This document shows positions 9,386 to 18,626 of a DNA stretch of 64,000 bases, in pieces. Numbering within the stretch: the first letter of the stretch is position 1; each line of letters begins with the position of its first letter. The position numbers and the translations under genes were made by a program. The notes beneath the pieces are model-generated. The model searched no databases. It had not been told where the DNA came from and saw only the letters and a list, made by a program, of their open reading frames with translations. The stretch is from an uncultured Actinomycetes bacterium. Lineage in GTDB: Bacteria > Actinomycetota > UBA4738 > HRBIN12. Where the stretch lies: NCBI GenBank assembly GCA_963734685.1, contig CAVTIC010000007.1:317232-381231 (forward strand), in the 5' to 3' direction.

Positions 9386-10188
9386 ACTGCACGACCGTGC
9401 GGGACGGACTGACGGAGCACGCACTGCGTGCGCTACCGCCGCGCGATGCCGCCTCGATCGACCGGCACCTCGTGTGGTGCGCCGCATGTCGCAAGGAAGC
9501 CGGTCATCTGCAGGCGGCCTCGGCCACGCTGGCGTTCGCACTTGCGCCCGTGGACCCGGCTCCGCAGCTGGAAGACCGGATCGTCGGGGCCGTGCGAGCA
9601 GCAGCTGCCAGGCGGGTGCCGCCTCGAAGCGCGTCGCCGCGCCGATCGCGCCTCGCATTGGCTGCGGCCGTTGCCGCGCTGCTCGCCGTGCTGGGCACCG
9701 GCTGGGGAGCCGTGATGGCCGGTCGCGCGGCGCGATCCGACGAGGTCGCTCGCGACGCGGTGCTCCGCCAGCACAGCGCCGTGGAACGCTTCCGGGATCT
9801 GTTGGTGACCGCTGAGTTCAGCGATCCCGAGGGCGAGGTGTTCATCGGCACTCTGAAGCCGACGACCGCGGGAGGCGGAGGCGGCAGCGCGCTGACGCTC
9901 GTCTCGCCTTCGATCATCGACATGGCCATCGTGCTCGTGAACGGGGTACCGCCCGAGACGGGTCACCGACTGCCGTTCAGCGTGCGTCTGCGGGGCGTCG
10001 AGGGTTCGCTCCTCGTCGGACGCATCCCGAAGGGCGGGCTCGATGCGAGCGGGGCGGGCATCGTCTCGCAGGAGTTCGACCTCGACCTCTCCTCGTTCGA
10101 CGAAGTCATCGTCCGCGACACGAGCGGGGCCGTCGTGATGCGCGGCGTGATCGACGCCCGCGCGGCGATCGTCTCACCGTCGCCGTAG
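9382..10188 (+). CDS. Zinc-binding anti-sigma factor (zf-HC2, RskA-like), membrane anchored
   Basis: HLVWCAAC (HxxxCxxC) motif, one TM, GTGA overlap with the sigma gene. Confidence 0.78.
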   Translation: MNCTTVRDGLTEHALRALPPRDAASIDRHLVWCAACRKEAGHLQAASATLAFALAPVDPAPQLEDRIVGAVRAAAARRVPPRSASPRRSRLALAAAVAALLAVLGTGWGAVMAGRAARSDEVARDAVLRQHSAVERFRDLLVTAEFSDPEGEVFIGTLKPTTAGGGGGSALTLVSPSIIDMAIVLVNGVPPETGHRLPFSVRLRGVEGSLLVGRIPKGGLDASGAGIVSQEFDLDLSSFDEVIVRDTSGAVVMRGVIDARAAIVSPSP

Positions 10189-10224
10189 CGGCGGTCACGA
10201 GCGGTCGGCGCGTATCCTGCCCGG

Positions 10225-11235
10225 ATGCGCTTCGGACTGAGCCTCCCGCACTACGGATTCTCGTTGCCGAAGGGTGCCCCCATCACGTTCGAAGCGATGG
10301 CGTCGTGGGCGCAGCGCGCGGAGGCACTCGGCTTCGATTCCGTGTGGGTCTCTGACCACTTCTTCTACTCGTTCGCCCGCTACGGAGCGGATACTCGACC
10401 GATCGCGGCGCTCGAACCTCTCACCGCGATCGCCGGGCTCGCGGCGGTGACGGAGCGCGTTCGGCTCGGAACCCTCGTACTCGGCGCGCCGTTCCGGCAT
10501 CCATCGATCGTCGCCAAGATGGCCGCGACGATCGATCGCATCTCAGGCGGCCGCCTCGATCTCGGCGTGGGTGCGGGATGGCTCGAGGAGGAATTCACCG
10601 CGTTCGGGTATCGGTACGGATCGGTGGGGGAGCGGTTCGGCACGCTGGAGGAGACCCTCCGTGTCATCAGGGCGCTGTTCGCCGGCGTCCCGGCCATGCT
10701 CGAAGGGCCGACGATCTCGCTCCGCGATGCGCTGCTCGTGCCGGGACCGGTGCGAGCCGACGGTATCCCGATCTGGGTCGGCGGCAAGGGAGGGCCACGG
10801 CTGCTCCGGCTCGCGGCCGCCTACGCCGACGGTTGGAACGCCGTGTGGCGTTGGGCGCCGGGCCCCTATGCCGCGCGAGCCGCCGCGGCCCGAGAGGCAT
10901 GCGAGGAGGCAGGGAGGGACCCGTCGACGTTCCGGTTCTCGATCGGCCTGTACGCGCTGCTCGGCGAGACCGAGACGGACTTCCGCGGCGTGTTCGAGCG
11001 TGGTCGCGCGGCCATGCCCGGCGACGCGATGAGCGGGGAGACCGAGGACTCGTGGCGAGCCGACACCCTCTCCGGTACCCCCGATCAGGTCATCGACCGG
11101 ATCCGCGCGTTCGAGTCGATCGGCGTCGAGGAGATCGTCGTGGCACCGTGGGTACTGCCCTTCGCGGTACCCGATCCGGAGCAGCTGGACCTGTTCGCCG
11201 AGCAGGTGCTCGCGCCCGTGCGTGCCGGACCCTGA
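10225..11235 (+). CDS. LLM-class (luciferase-like) oxidoreductase, probably F420-dependent
   Basis: AEALGFDSVWVSDHF, VRLGTLV, RHPSIVAKMAATIDRISGGRLDLGVGAGW, PIWVGG, ADGWN. Confidence 0.88.
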   Translation: MRFGLSLPHYGFSLPKGAPITFEAMASWAQRAEALGFDSVWVSDHFFYSFARYGADTRPIAALEPLTAIAGLAAVTERVRLGTLVLGAPFRHPSIVAKMAATIDRISGGRLDLGVGAGWLEEEFTAFGYRYGSVGERFGTLEETLRVIRALFAGVPAMLEGPTISLRDALLVPGPVRADGIPIWVGGKGGPRLLRLAAAYADGWNAVWRWAPGPYAARAAAAREACEEAGRDPSTFRFSIGLYALLGETETDFRGVFERGRAAMPGDAMSGETEDSWRADTLSGTPDQVIDRIRAFESIGVEEIVVAPWVLPFAVPDPEQLDLFAEQVLAPVRAGP

Positions 11236-11239
11236 TCCG

Positions 11240-11473
11240 GTGAGCGGCCCCGCGCCGATCGACCCGCTCGAGGCTGCGCTCAGCGTCCTCCGCGACGCGG
11301 GCGAACCGCTGCACTGGACGGTGATCCAGGATCGAGCACTTCGCGCAGGCCAGCTCGACCCGTTCACCCTGTCCGACGTCCGTCGAACGCTTCACCGAGC
11401 GCTGGCCAGGGGGGTACGCGAAGGTGTGCTCCGCAAGGCGGGCCGGGGTGTGTACGAACTCGCTGGGCCTTAG
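11240..11473 (+). CDS. Small winged-helix protein, HARE-HTH-like
   Basis: AALSVLRDAGEPLHWTVI..AL..G..GRGVYEL pattern. Confidence 0.55.
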   Translation: MSGPAPIDPLEAALSVLRDAGEPLHWTVIQDRALRAGQLDPFTLSDVRRTLHRALARGVREGVLRKAGRGVYELAGP

Positions 11474-11709
11474 GCCGTTGCCTTCTTCGGTGGGCGGCCC
11501 CGCCGCTTGGGGGTGGCATCGGTCGCGGGTGCGCCGGCCACGACACCTTTGCGCCGACCGGGCCGCGGGCGGCGTGCCTTCGCGATCAGCTCGCCGACAT
11601 GGTTGGTGCACAGATCCTTGACGAAGTTGCCTCGCGACACCTTGATCGTCACGGTTTCGGCTGCGGGCTTGCCGCAGGTATCGCAGACGAGGATCGTCTT
11701 CTCAGCCAT
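11470..11709 (-). CDS. Lsr2-like nucleoid protein with CxxC/CxxH ligands and a C-terminal AT-hook
   Basis: MAEKTILVCDTCGKPAAETVTI...DLCTNH resembles the Lsr2 dimerization domain; PKRRGRPPKK tail; GGAGG RBS. Confidence 0.62.
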   Translation of the reverse strand: MAEKTILVCDTCGKPAAETVTIKVSRGNFVKDLCTNHVGELIAKARRPRPGRRKGVVAGAPATDATPKRRGRPPKKATA

Positions 11710-11750
11710 GTCGTGGTGCTCCCTCCGACTCGAGTACGGCTGAGGATAGC

Positions 11751-11769
11751 CGGAACCCCACGGGTTCCG
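11751..11769. promoter_or_regulatory. Perfect 8-bp inverted repeat between glpX and the Lsr2-like gene (operator or terminator stem)
   Basis: CGGAACCC-cac-GGGTTCCG, next to minus-strand TATCCT (-10-like) at 11743-11748. Confidence 0.4.
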
Positions 11770-11796
11770 CCACCATCGGAGTGAGGTCGGCAGGCG

Positions 11797-12789
11797 TCAG
11801 CGGCGGTAGGTGATCGGAGAGAACCGTTCGAGTTTCTCGAAGCTGTGCTCTGCTTCGACCCAACGCACCGTGCCCGAACGCGACCGCATCACCATCGAGT
11901 GCGTGGTGGCGCCGTCCGGCCAGTAGCGGACGCCCCTCAGCAGAGAACCATCGGTGATTCCGGTGGCCGCGAAGAACACGTCGTTGCCGTTCACGAGGTC
12001 ATGGGCGGTAAGCACCGCGTCGAGGTCGAATCCTCCATCGACCAACCGCTGCCGCTCGTCGTCGTCGCGCGGGTAGAGCCGACCCTGGATCTCGCCGCCG
12101 AGGCACATCAGCGCTGCGGCGGCGATCACGCCTTCGGGGGTGCCGCCGATGCCGATCAGCAGGTCGATACCGGTGCGGGGGGCCGCGGCGGCGATCGCGC
12201 CTGCGACGTCGCCGTCCGAGATGAGGTAGACACGGGCGCCGACGCTGCGCACGGCCTCGATGATCTCCGTGTGGCGCGGCCGGTCGAGGATCGTGACGCT
12301 GATCTCCTCCGGCCTCACCCCCTTGGCCTTCGCCACCAGCCGGACGTTCTCCTCAGGTGGCGCCGTGATGTCGATCGCATCCGCCGCCTCCGCACCGGTC
12401 GCGACCTTCTCCATGTACACGGCTGCGCCGGGGAAGAACATCGACCCTCGCTCGGCGAGGGCGATCACCGAGAGCGCGTTCGGTTGTCCCACCGCCGTGA
12501 GCCGGGTGCCGTCGATCGGATCGACCGCCACGTCGGCCCCCGGACCGTCGCCGTTGCCCACGTCCTCGCCGTTGTAGAGCATGGGCGCCTCGTCCTTCTC
12601 ACCCTCGCCGATCACCACGGTTCCGCGCATCGACACGGTGTCGATCATCAAGCGCATCGCATCGACCGCTGCGCCGTCGGCAGCGTTCTTGTCGCCGTGG
12701 CCGATCCATCGGCCTGCCGCGAGCGCGGCAGCCTCGGTGACGCGGGCGAGCTCCATCGCGAGGTTGCGATCCGGTCGGGTGGCGTTCAC
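11797..12789 (-). CDS. glpX: Class II fructose-1,6-bisphosphatase
   Basis: [56 protein letters not shown]. Confidence 0.95.
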   Translation of the reverse strand: MNATRPDRNLAMELARVTEAAALAAGRWIGHGDKNAADGAAVDAMRLMIDTVSMRGTVVIGEGEKDEAPMLYNGEDVGNGDGPGADVAVDPIDGTRLTAVGQPNALSVIALAERGSMFFPGAAVYMEKVATGAEAADAIDITAPPEENVRLVAKAKGVRPEEISVTILDRPRHTEIIEAVRSVGARVYLISDGDVAGAIAAAAPRTGIDLLIGIGGTPEGVIAAAALMCLGGEIQGRLYPRDDDERQRLVDGGFDLDAVLTAHDLVNGNDVFFAATGITDGSLLRGVRYWPDGATTHSMVMRSRSGTVRWVEAEHSFEKLERFSPITYRR

Positions 12790-12860
12790 AGGGTCCTCCT
12801 CATCGCCTGGCCGTCGACTCGGCTTCTCGACGCTCGGGCGCCTCAGCCGGGCGACCGCGG

Positions 12861-13856
12861 TCATCCTATCGGTGCGGGGGCCAGGCCTCGTTCGGCGTAC
12901 CAGGCGAGCGTGCGCCGGATCGTGGTCTCGACCGGTGTGTAGCGCAATCCCAGTTCATGCTCGGAGAGCGATGCATCGAACCGGTGCCCGTGCAGCAGCG
13001 TGCGCACGGTCTCGGGACACACCGGAGCCTCCTTCCCTGTCAGTGCGGCACTCGCGCCCGCGAGTCTGCCGACGACGGTGGCGAGCGGACGAGGTGCGAA
13101 CCAGACGTGACCGGGTCGCCCCGAGACGGCTCGTAGCAGCGACACCGCAGCGCGCACATCGAAGGACGCGCCGCTGACCAGGTAGCGGCGACCGGGCACC
13201 CCCTCGCGCTCGGCGAGCAGATGCGCTGCGGTGCAGTCCTCGATGTCGACGACCGATAGCCAGGTGTTCACGATCACCGGCAGCCTCCCGTTCACGATGC
13301 GCAGGAGCAACCTGGCCGAGCCGCCCGTTCGACCGGGGCCTTGTACAGATGCGGGGTTCACGCACACGACGGGCAGGCCGAGTTCATCGCCGATCGACAG
13401 CACTCGACGTTCACCCAGGAACTTCGATCGCTCGTAGTTCGAGAGGAACGTCCCACGATGGGGGGTGTCCTCGCGTCCGACCACTCCGGATGCCTCGCCG
13501 ATCGTCGCGGCGGACGAGGTGTGCACGAACCTGCCCACCCTGGCCGCCGCAGCGGCGCGGGTAACGGCTGCGGCTCCGTCGATGTTGACACGGAGCATCG
13601 GACGAGGGTCGCGCAGGCACATCGCGTTCTCGCCGGCGACGTGGAAAGCGCTCGAGCACCCGCGCATGCCGGCGAGCAGCGCCTCGTGATCGAAGAGGTC
13701 CCCCCGAACGACCACGGCGCCGAACCCTTCGAGTGCGGTGGCAGCGGCATCGGAACGAGCGAGCACCCGCACCTCGCGGCCGTCGGCCACCAGCCGCCGC
13801 AGCAGCGCGCCGCCGATGAATCCGCTGCCCCCGGTCAGGAAGACGGGCCCGCCCAC
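12861..13856 (-). CDS. NAD-dependent epimerase/dehydratase (extended SDR, HpnA/DFR-like)
   Basis: [17 protein letters not shown] (YxxxK), [10 protein letters not shown]. Confidence 0.85.
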   Translation of the reverse strand: MGGPVFLTGGSGFIGGALLRRLVADGREVRVLARSDAAATALEGFGAVVVRGDLFDHEALLAGMRGCSSAFHVAGENAMCLRDPRPMLRVNIDGAAAVTRAAAAARVGRFVHTSSAATIGEASGVVGREDTPHRGTFLSNYERSKFLGERRVLSIGDELGLPVVCVNPASVQGPGRTGGSARLLLRIVNGRLPVIVNTWLSVVDIEDCTAAHLLAEREGVPGRRYLVSGASFDVRAAVSLLRAVSGRPGHVWFAPRPLATVVGRLAGASAALTGKEAPVCPETVRTLLHGHRFDASLSEHELGLRYTPVETTIRRTLAWYAERGLAPAPIG

Positions 13857-13860
13857 CGGG

Positions 13861-14451
13861 TCATCGCCCGCGGGCAGCCTGGTCGCGGCCCGACAGTACC
13901 GACAGGAACCGTGCCAAATACTGCGCGGCCGAGACGATCGTGATCAGGGCCGCGATCGCCATCAGCCATTGATCGAGGTACCAGTCGCCGATGCGGATGT
14001 CGGGTCGCCAGATCGCGAACGTGATCGCCACGAACTGGATCGTTGCCTTCCATTTCCCCCACATCGACGGGGTCACCACGATACCGTCGGAGGCCGAGAC
14101 CGCGCCGCGGAGCCCCATGATCAGCAGCTCGCGCCCCACGATCACGAACGCGATCCACGCCGAGACGCGGCCGACGGCCACGAGCGCGAGCAACACACCG
14201 GAGACCAGCAGCTTGTCGGCGGCGGTGTCGAGGAAGCTGCCGAACGTGGAGGTCTGCTTCCACCGGCGGGCGAGGCGCCCGTCGAAGAAGTCTGTGGCCG
14301 CTGCGACCGCGAACAGCAGCGCTGCGGTGGGTTCGACCCACGGGGCCGGGTCGCGCACGAGCACCATGCCCATCACCACCGGCGTCAGCGCGATACGCAG
14401 GTAGGTGATGAACGCCAGGAACGCGGCGGCTCGCTCGTCGGGGGTGCTCAT
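13861..14451 (-). CDS. pgsA: CDP-alcohol phosphatidyltransferase (PgsA-like)
   Basis: TDFFDGRLAR..STFGSFLDTAADK signature, GRELLIMGLR, GKWKATIQ. Confidence 0.88.
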   Translation of the reverse strand: MSTPDERAAAFLAFITYLRIALTPVVMGMVLVRDPAPWVEPTAALLFAVAAATDFFDGRLARRWKQTSTFGSFLDTAADKLLVSGVLLALVAVGRVSAWIAFVIVGRELLIMGLRGAVSASDGIVVTPSMWGKWKATIQFVAITFAIWRPDIRIGDWYLDQWLMAIAALITIVSAAQYLARFLSVLSGRDQAARGR

Positions 14452-14486
14452 GGCTCGTGCGCGAATCGTACCGGCTTGACCCGACC

Positions 14487-17021
14487 CTACGGTGCTGCGA
14501 GCAGGTCGCGCACCTCGGCCGCGGTCTCGCACGCGAGGGCGTCCGCAGCGAGCGAACGAGCTTCGTCGAGGGCCGTCGAGCGCACGGCGTCCTTCACGGC
14601 GGCGATCGCCGGCGCGGCCATCGAGAGCTCGCGTATGCCCAGCCCGAGCAACAGCCTCGTGGCGAGTTCGTCGCCCGCCAGCTCTCCGCAGACGCCGATC
14701 CAACGACCGCCCGCCTCCGCGCCGGCGGCCGTCGTCGCGACCAGGCGCAGCACCGCCGGGTGCAGCGGATCGTTCAGCGACGCGACGTGCTCGTTGCCCC
14801 GATCGGCGGCGAGCGTGTACTGGGTGAGATCGTTCGTGCCGATCGAGAAGAAGTCGGCGTCGCCCGCGAGTGCGTCGGCCATGAGCGCGGCGGAAGGCAC
14901 CTCGACCATGATCCCGACCTCGACCGCAGCGTCGATGCCGGTCTCCTCTCTCGCCCGCTGGACGGCAGCCCGAGCTGCGAGGAGTTCGTCGGTCGTCGCG
15001 ATCATCGGGAACATCACCCGCAGGGGGTGGTCGACGGCCACGCGCAGTAGCGCCCGGAGCTGTGCGGCAAGGAGCTCAGGGCGCTCGAGGCCGAGCCGGA
15101 TGCCGCGCACCCCCAGGAACGGGTTCGCTTCCCGGGCCTGTCCGAGGGCGGGGACCGGCTTGTCGGCGCCCGCGTCGAGCGTGCGCACGAGCAAGGGCCG
15201 GCCTTCGAGCGCCTCGGCGGCGCCTCGGTAGGCGGCTTCCTGCTCGTGTTCGTCCGGCAGGGCGTCGCGATCCATGAACAGGAACTCGGTGCGGAACAGC
15301 CCGATACCGTCGGCGCCCGCCTCGACGGCGGCTGCGACCTCGCCCGGCCCGCCGACGTTCGCGGCCACCTCGATGACCGTGCCGTCCAGGGTCGTCGCGG
15401 GTTCGGCGGCGTGCGCGCGCAGCCGTGCGAGGCGGTCGATGCGCTGCCGCCGTTCGGTCTCCAACCGTGCCACGACCTCGGCAGGTGGATCGATGCGCAC
15501 CTCGCCTCGATCACCGTCGACCGCGAGCGACGATCCTTCGGGCACCGAGAGCATGTGCGGTCCCACGCCGACGACGGCAGGGATGCCCAGCGCCCGCGCG
15601 AGCACGGCTGCGTGCGAGGTCGGGCCGCCGTGCGAGGTGACGATGCCGAGCGCCGTCGCAGGGTCGAGCCCGGCGGTGTCGGCGGGTGTGAGGTCCGCGG
15701 CCACCAGGATGCCGGGTGCGTCGAGCCGAGCCGCCGGCACTTCCACCCCCAGGATGCGCGCGAGCACCTGTGTGCCCACGCTGCGCAGGTCGATCGCTCT
15801 CGCCCGCATGTACGCGTCGTCGAGCGTGTCCCAGGTGGCGGCGACGCCGTCAACCGCGTCGTGCCACGCGCGGGCGGCGCTGTCGCCCTTGTCGCGGATC
15901 GAGGCACGGGCTGGCTCGAGCAGGGCATCGTCGCGCAGGAACAGCAGGTGCGCGTCGAAGATGCGCGCCTCGTCCTCGCCGGCCCGGGCGGCGACGTCGT
16001 CGCGTTGGCTCGTGATCGCTTCGCCGGCCTCGCGGACGGCCGCCTCGAGTGCGGCGAGCTCGCGCGCAGCATCGGTCGTCCCTGCGTCTGGCACCTCGAG
16101 CGGCGGCGAGTGGAATCGGCGCAACTCGCCGACGGCCACCCCGGGCGAGGCGGCGAACCCAGCCAGCACGCCCTCGGCGGTCGGCTCCCCGGTGCCGGGG
16201 AGCGCCTCCGCCGTCGGCGTCACACCTCCGTCGACGGCAGGCGCCTCGGTCACATCGGCCGGCTCGTCGAACCGCCGGGCGGCGAGCGCCTCGAGCGCGG
16301 CGATCGCATCGACGGCCCCCGGGCCGGACGCTCGCACCTCCACCTCGTGGCCCGAGCGCACCCCGAGCGTGGCCACGGCGTTCAGGCTCGTGGCATCGGC
16401 CGGCCCGCCGCCGGTCGTGAGGTTCCGCACGCTCACGGAGGCGTCGAACCCCGCGGCGGTCTGCACGAAGCGAGCCGCTGGCCGAGCATGCAGCCCGTGG
16501 GGCACGTCGACCACGAGCACCCCGACCACCGCCTCGCCGTCGACCACATCGGGAACCGTTGCCAGGGAAACATCTCCACCCTCCGACGCGGCGACCGTTC
16601 CGAGGTGCGCGATCTTGCCCGCGAGGCCCATGCGGGCTTCCGCCGCCACCGCCTCGAGCGGCATGCCGAGCTTGGCGGTGACGGCCGCGGCCACCGCGCC
16701 CTCGACGAGCGGAGCCTCGCAGAGGAGGATGCGGTGCCGCCGCTCGTCGCCCATCAGGTCGACCGCCATCTCGGCGGAGAGCACGGCGCTCCCGAGATCC
16801 ATCAGCACGAGCACGCCGTCGTCGGACCACGCACGTTCGATCGCCTGCATCACGAGCACTGCGTCGGTGCCGATCGGACGCCCGGACCCCTCGGCGCCGT
16901 CGATGGCCGCGAGTCCGCCCGCCGTCTCGAGCTGCACCTCGGTCCCGCCCATCTCGCGCGCGAGTTCGGCGACGCCTTCGGCGATGCGGTGACTGTGCGA
17001 CACGATCACGATGCCGACCAC
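14487..17021 (-). CDS. dhaM: DhaM-type multiphosphoryl transfer protein: EIIA(Man-like), HPr and complete enzyme I
   Basis: GIVIVSHS..DLGSA..APLVEG; GLHARPAA; TSHAAVLAR; GLFRTEFLF, NPFLGVRGIR, FSIGTNDLTQY, GVCGELAG. Confidence 0.9.
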   Translation of the reverse strand: MVGIVIVSHSHRIAEGVAELAREMGGTEVQLETAGGLAAIDGAEGSGRPIGTDAVLVMQAIERAWSDDGVLVLMDLGSAVLSAEMAVDLMGDERRHRILLCEAPLVEGAVAAAVTAKLGMPLEAVAAEARMGLAGKIAHLGTVAASEGGDVSLATVPDVVDGEAVVGVLVVDVPHGLHARPAARFVQTAAGFDASVSVRNLTTGGGPADATSLNAVATLGVRSGHEVEVRASGPGAVDAIAALEALAARRFDEPADVTEAPAVDGGVTPTAEALPGTGEPTAEGVLAGFAASPGVAVGELRRFHSPPLEVPDAGTTDAARELAALEAAVREAGEAITSQRDDVAARAGEDEARIFDAHLLFLRDDALLEPARASIRDKGDSAARAWHDAVDGVAATWDTLDDAYMRARAIDLRSVGTQVLARILGVEVPAARLDAPGILVAADLTPADTAGLDPATALGIVTSHGGPTSHAAVLARALGIPAVVGVGPHMLSVPEGSSLAVDGDRGEVRIDPPAEVVARLETERRQRIDRLARLRAHAAEPATTLDGTVIEVAANVGGPGEVAAAVEAGADGIGLFRTEFLFMDRDALPDEHEQEAAYRGAAEALEGRPLLVRTLDAGADKPVPALGQAREANPFLGVRGIRLGLERPELLAAQLRALLRVAVDHPLRVMFPMIATTDELLAARAAVQRAREETGIDAAVEVGIMVEVPSAALMADALAGDADFFSIGTNDLTQYTLAADRGNEHVASLNDPLHPAVLRLVATTAAGAEAGGRWIGVCGELAGDELATRLLLGLGIRELSMAAPAIAAVKDAVRSTALDEARSLAADALACETAAEVRDLLAAP

Positions 17022-17032
17022 CGCAGGCCGCC

Positions 17033-17407
17033 TCAGGCCCTCGAGGCCAGCACGCCGATCAACAGGAAGCCGTAAGCGATCGTGACGACGCCGAGCACGA
17101 CGAGTCCACGTTCCAACAGGCGGCGCAGGCTCTGGGACAGACCGAAGTCGAGCAACACGGAGCGCAGCCCCAGCATCGCGTGCACGGTCACGACGACCAG
17201 GAACACGCCTTCGAGCACGAAGATGATCGGCGTGCTGATGTAGTCGAGCACGTCCTGGTAGGTGCGTAGCCCGCCGATCTCGTCGACGACGAAGTGATGG
17301 GCGACCATGTGGATCGTCACGAGCAGGAGCAGCGAGACGCCGGTGATCGCCGTCCATCGCCAGCTGCGTGACCGCGCCGATCGTTCGGATGACGTCCTCG
17401 TCGCCAT
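17033..17407 (-). CDS. SdhD-like hydrophobic membrane anchor
   Basis: Three TMs; ITGVSLLLLVTIHM and VHAMLGLRSVLLDF heme-ligand helices. Confidence 0.85.
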   Translation of the reverse strand: MATRTSSERSARSRSWRWTAITGVSLLLLVTIHMVAHHFVVDEIGGLRTYQDVLDYISTPIIFVLEGVFLVVVTVHAMLGLRSVLLDFGLSQSLRRLLERGLVVLGVVTIAYGFLLIGVLASRA

Positions 17408-17871
17408 CAGCCGTCCGCCCCGAAGACGTGGAGCCCCGAGTACACGAGCAGGATCGCGCCGAACGCCATGAGCGACCAGAACAGGGCCTTCTGATGGTCC
17501 GGCACGAAGCCGCTGCCGACGAGGGACAGGCGTGTGCCGTTGAGGCCGTGCACGAGGAGGCCGAACACGAGCAGCACGTCGAGCCCGAGGAACAACGGTG
17601 TCGTCGCGATCTCGAGGAAGCCGTTCCAGGCATCTTCGCCCCCGAGGAGCATCGAGAGCACGGCCAGATGTAGGTAGAGGTAGAAGACGAGCCCGAGACC
17701 GGTGATGCGGTTCATCGAGAACGCGAGGTGGCCCGTGCTCCGGCTGCGCACGTCGAACCATGCGACCGGTCCGGGGAGCTTCCGTGAGACCGGCCCGCCA
17801 CCGCGACGGGAACGCAGGATCTCCTCGACTCCGGGGTCGCGCTCGGGTGCGGATGTCCGTGGCTCGTTCAC
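17407..17871 (-). CDS. SdhC-like cytochrome b subunit
   Basis: FSMNRITGLGLVFYLYLHL and LVHGLNGTRL; three TMs. Confidence 0.87.
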   Translation of the reverse strand: MNEPRTSAPERDPGVEEILRSRRGGGPVSRKLPGPVAWFDVRSRSTGHLAFSMNRITGLGLVFYLYLHLAVLSMLLGGEDAWNGFLEIATTPLFLGLDVLLVFGLLVHGLNGTRLSLVGSGFVPDHQKALFWSLMAFGAILLVYSGLHVFGADG

Positions 17872-18626
17872 GCGGGGGCCCCGCTCGAGCTCGTCGGAGC
17901 TTCGGGCACCGCACGGCCCTGCTCTCTGCGGTGGTGCCTGAGCTCCTTGCGGAGCGCCATGATCCGCTGGGCGGGGCGCACGTCGCTCGGGCATGCCTCG
18001 GTGCACTCGAACGCGGCGTGGCATCGCCACGCGCCGGCGTCCTGGTCGGCCCAGTCGAGGATCGCCGCTCGATCGGCGCCTCGTGATTCCTCCAGCAGCC
18101 GCTGCGCGTACGCGAGTGCCGCGGGGCCGATGTAGGAGTCGTCGGTCGCCGCAACCGGGCAGGCCGAAAGGCACAGGCCGCACTCGATGCAGTCCTCGTA
18201 CCGTTCGTGCTCGGCGATCCCCTCAACCGTGGCCGACTCCGGCAGGTACTCGCTCTCGCGAACGATCGGATGAGGATCGGGGTAGCGCGCCATGAACGTG
18301 GCCATGTCGACGATCACGTCGTGCAGCACCGGCAGGTTCGCGATCGGGTCCACGGTGATGGTGCCCGCGACGTCGGAGAGCTTGGTCACGCACGCGAGCC
18401 GTTCCCTGCCGTTCACGCGCACCCCGCATGTGCCGCAGGAAGCGTGGAAGCACGAATGCCTGAGTCCCAGCGTCGGGTCTCGGTGCAGGTGGATCCAGCG
18501 GAGCGCCTCGAGCACGGTCGTGCGTTCGTCGAACGGGACTTCGTGCTCTTCCATGTGCGGTGCCTCATCGCCACGCTTGAAGCGGTGCACGCGCAGCGTC
18601 CGCGTCGCGTCGGCGTTCGTCGTCAT
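17868..18626 (-). CDS. SdhB/FrdB-like iron-sulfur subunit
   Basis: SCFHASCGTCGVRVNGRERLAC (2Fe-2S), CIECGLCLSACP (4Fe-4S), YIGPAAL, WRCHAAFECTEACP (3Fe-4S). Confidence 0.92.
   Translation of the reverse strand: MTTNADATRTLRVHRFKRGDEAPHMEEHEVPFDERTTVLEALRWIHLHRDPTLGLRHSCFHASCGTCGVRVNGRERLACVTKLSDVAGTITVDPIANLPVLHDVIVDMATFMARYPDPHPIVRESEYLPESATVEGIAEHERYEDCIECGLCLSACPVAATDDSYIGPAALAYAQRLLEESRGADRAAILDWADQDAGAWRCHAAFECTEACPSDVRPAQRIMALRKELRHHRREQGRAVPEAPTSSSGAPA

Noticed and set aside
17033-18626. Calling these genes an ordinary succinate dehydrogenase operon
   Set aside because: No SdhA/FrdA flavoprotein is present in the window; the coupled flavoprotein is GlpA-type and the context is glycerol catabolism.
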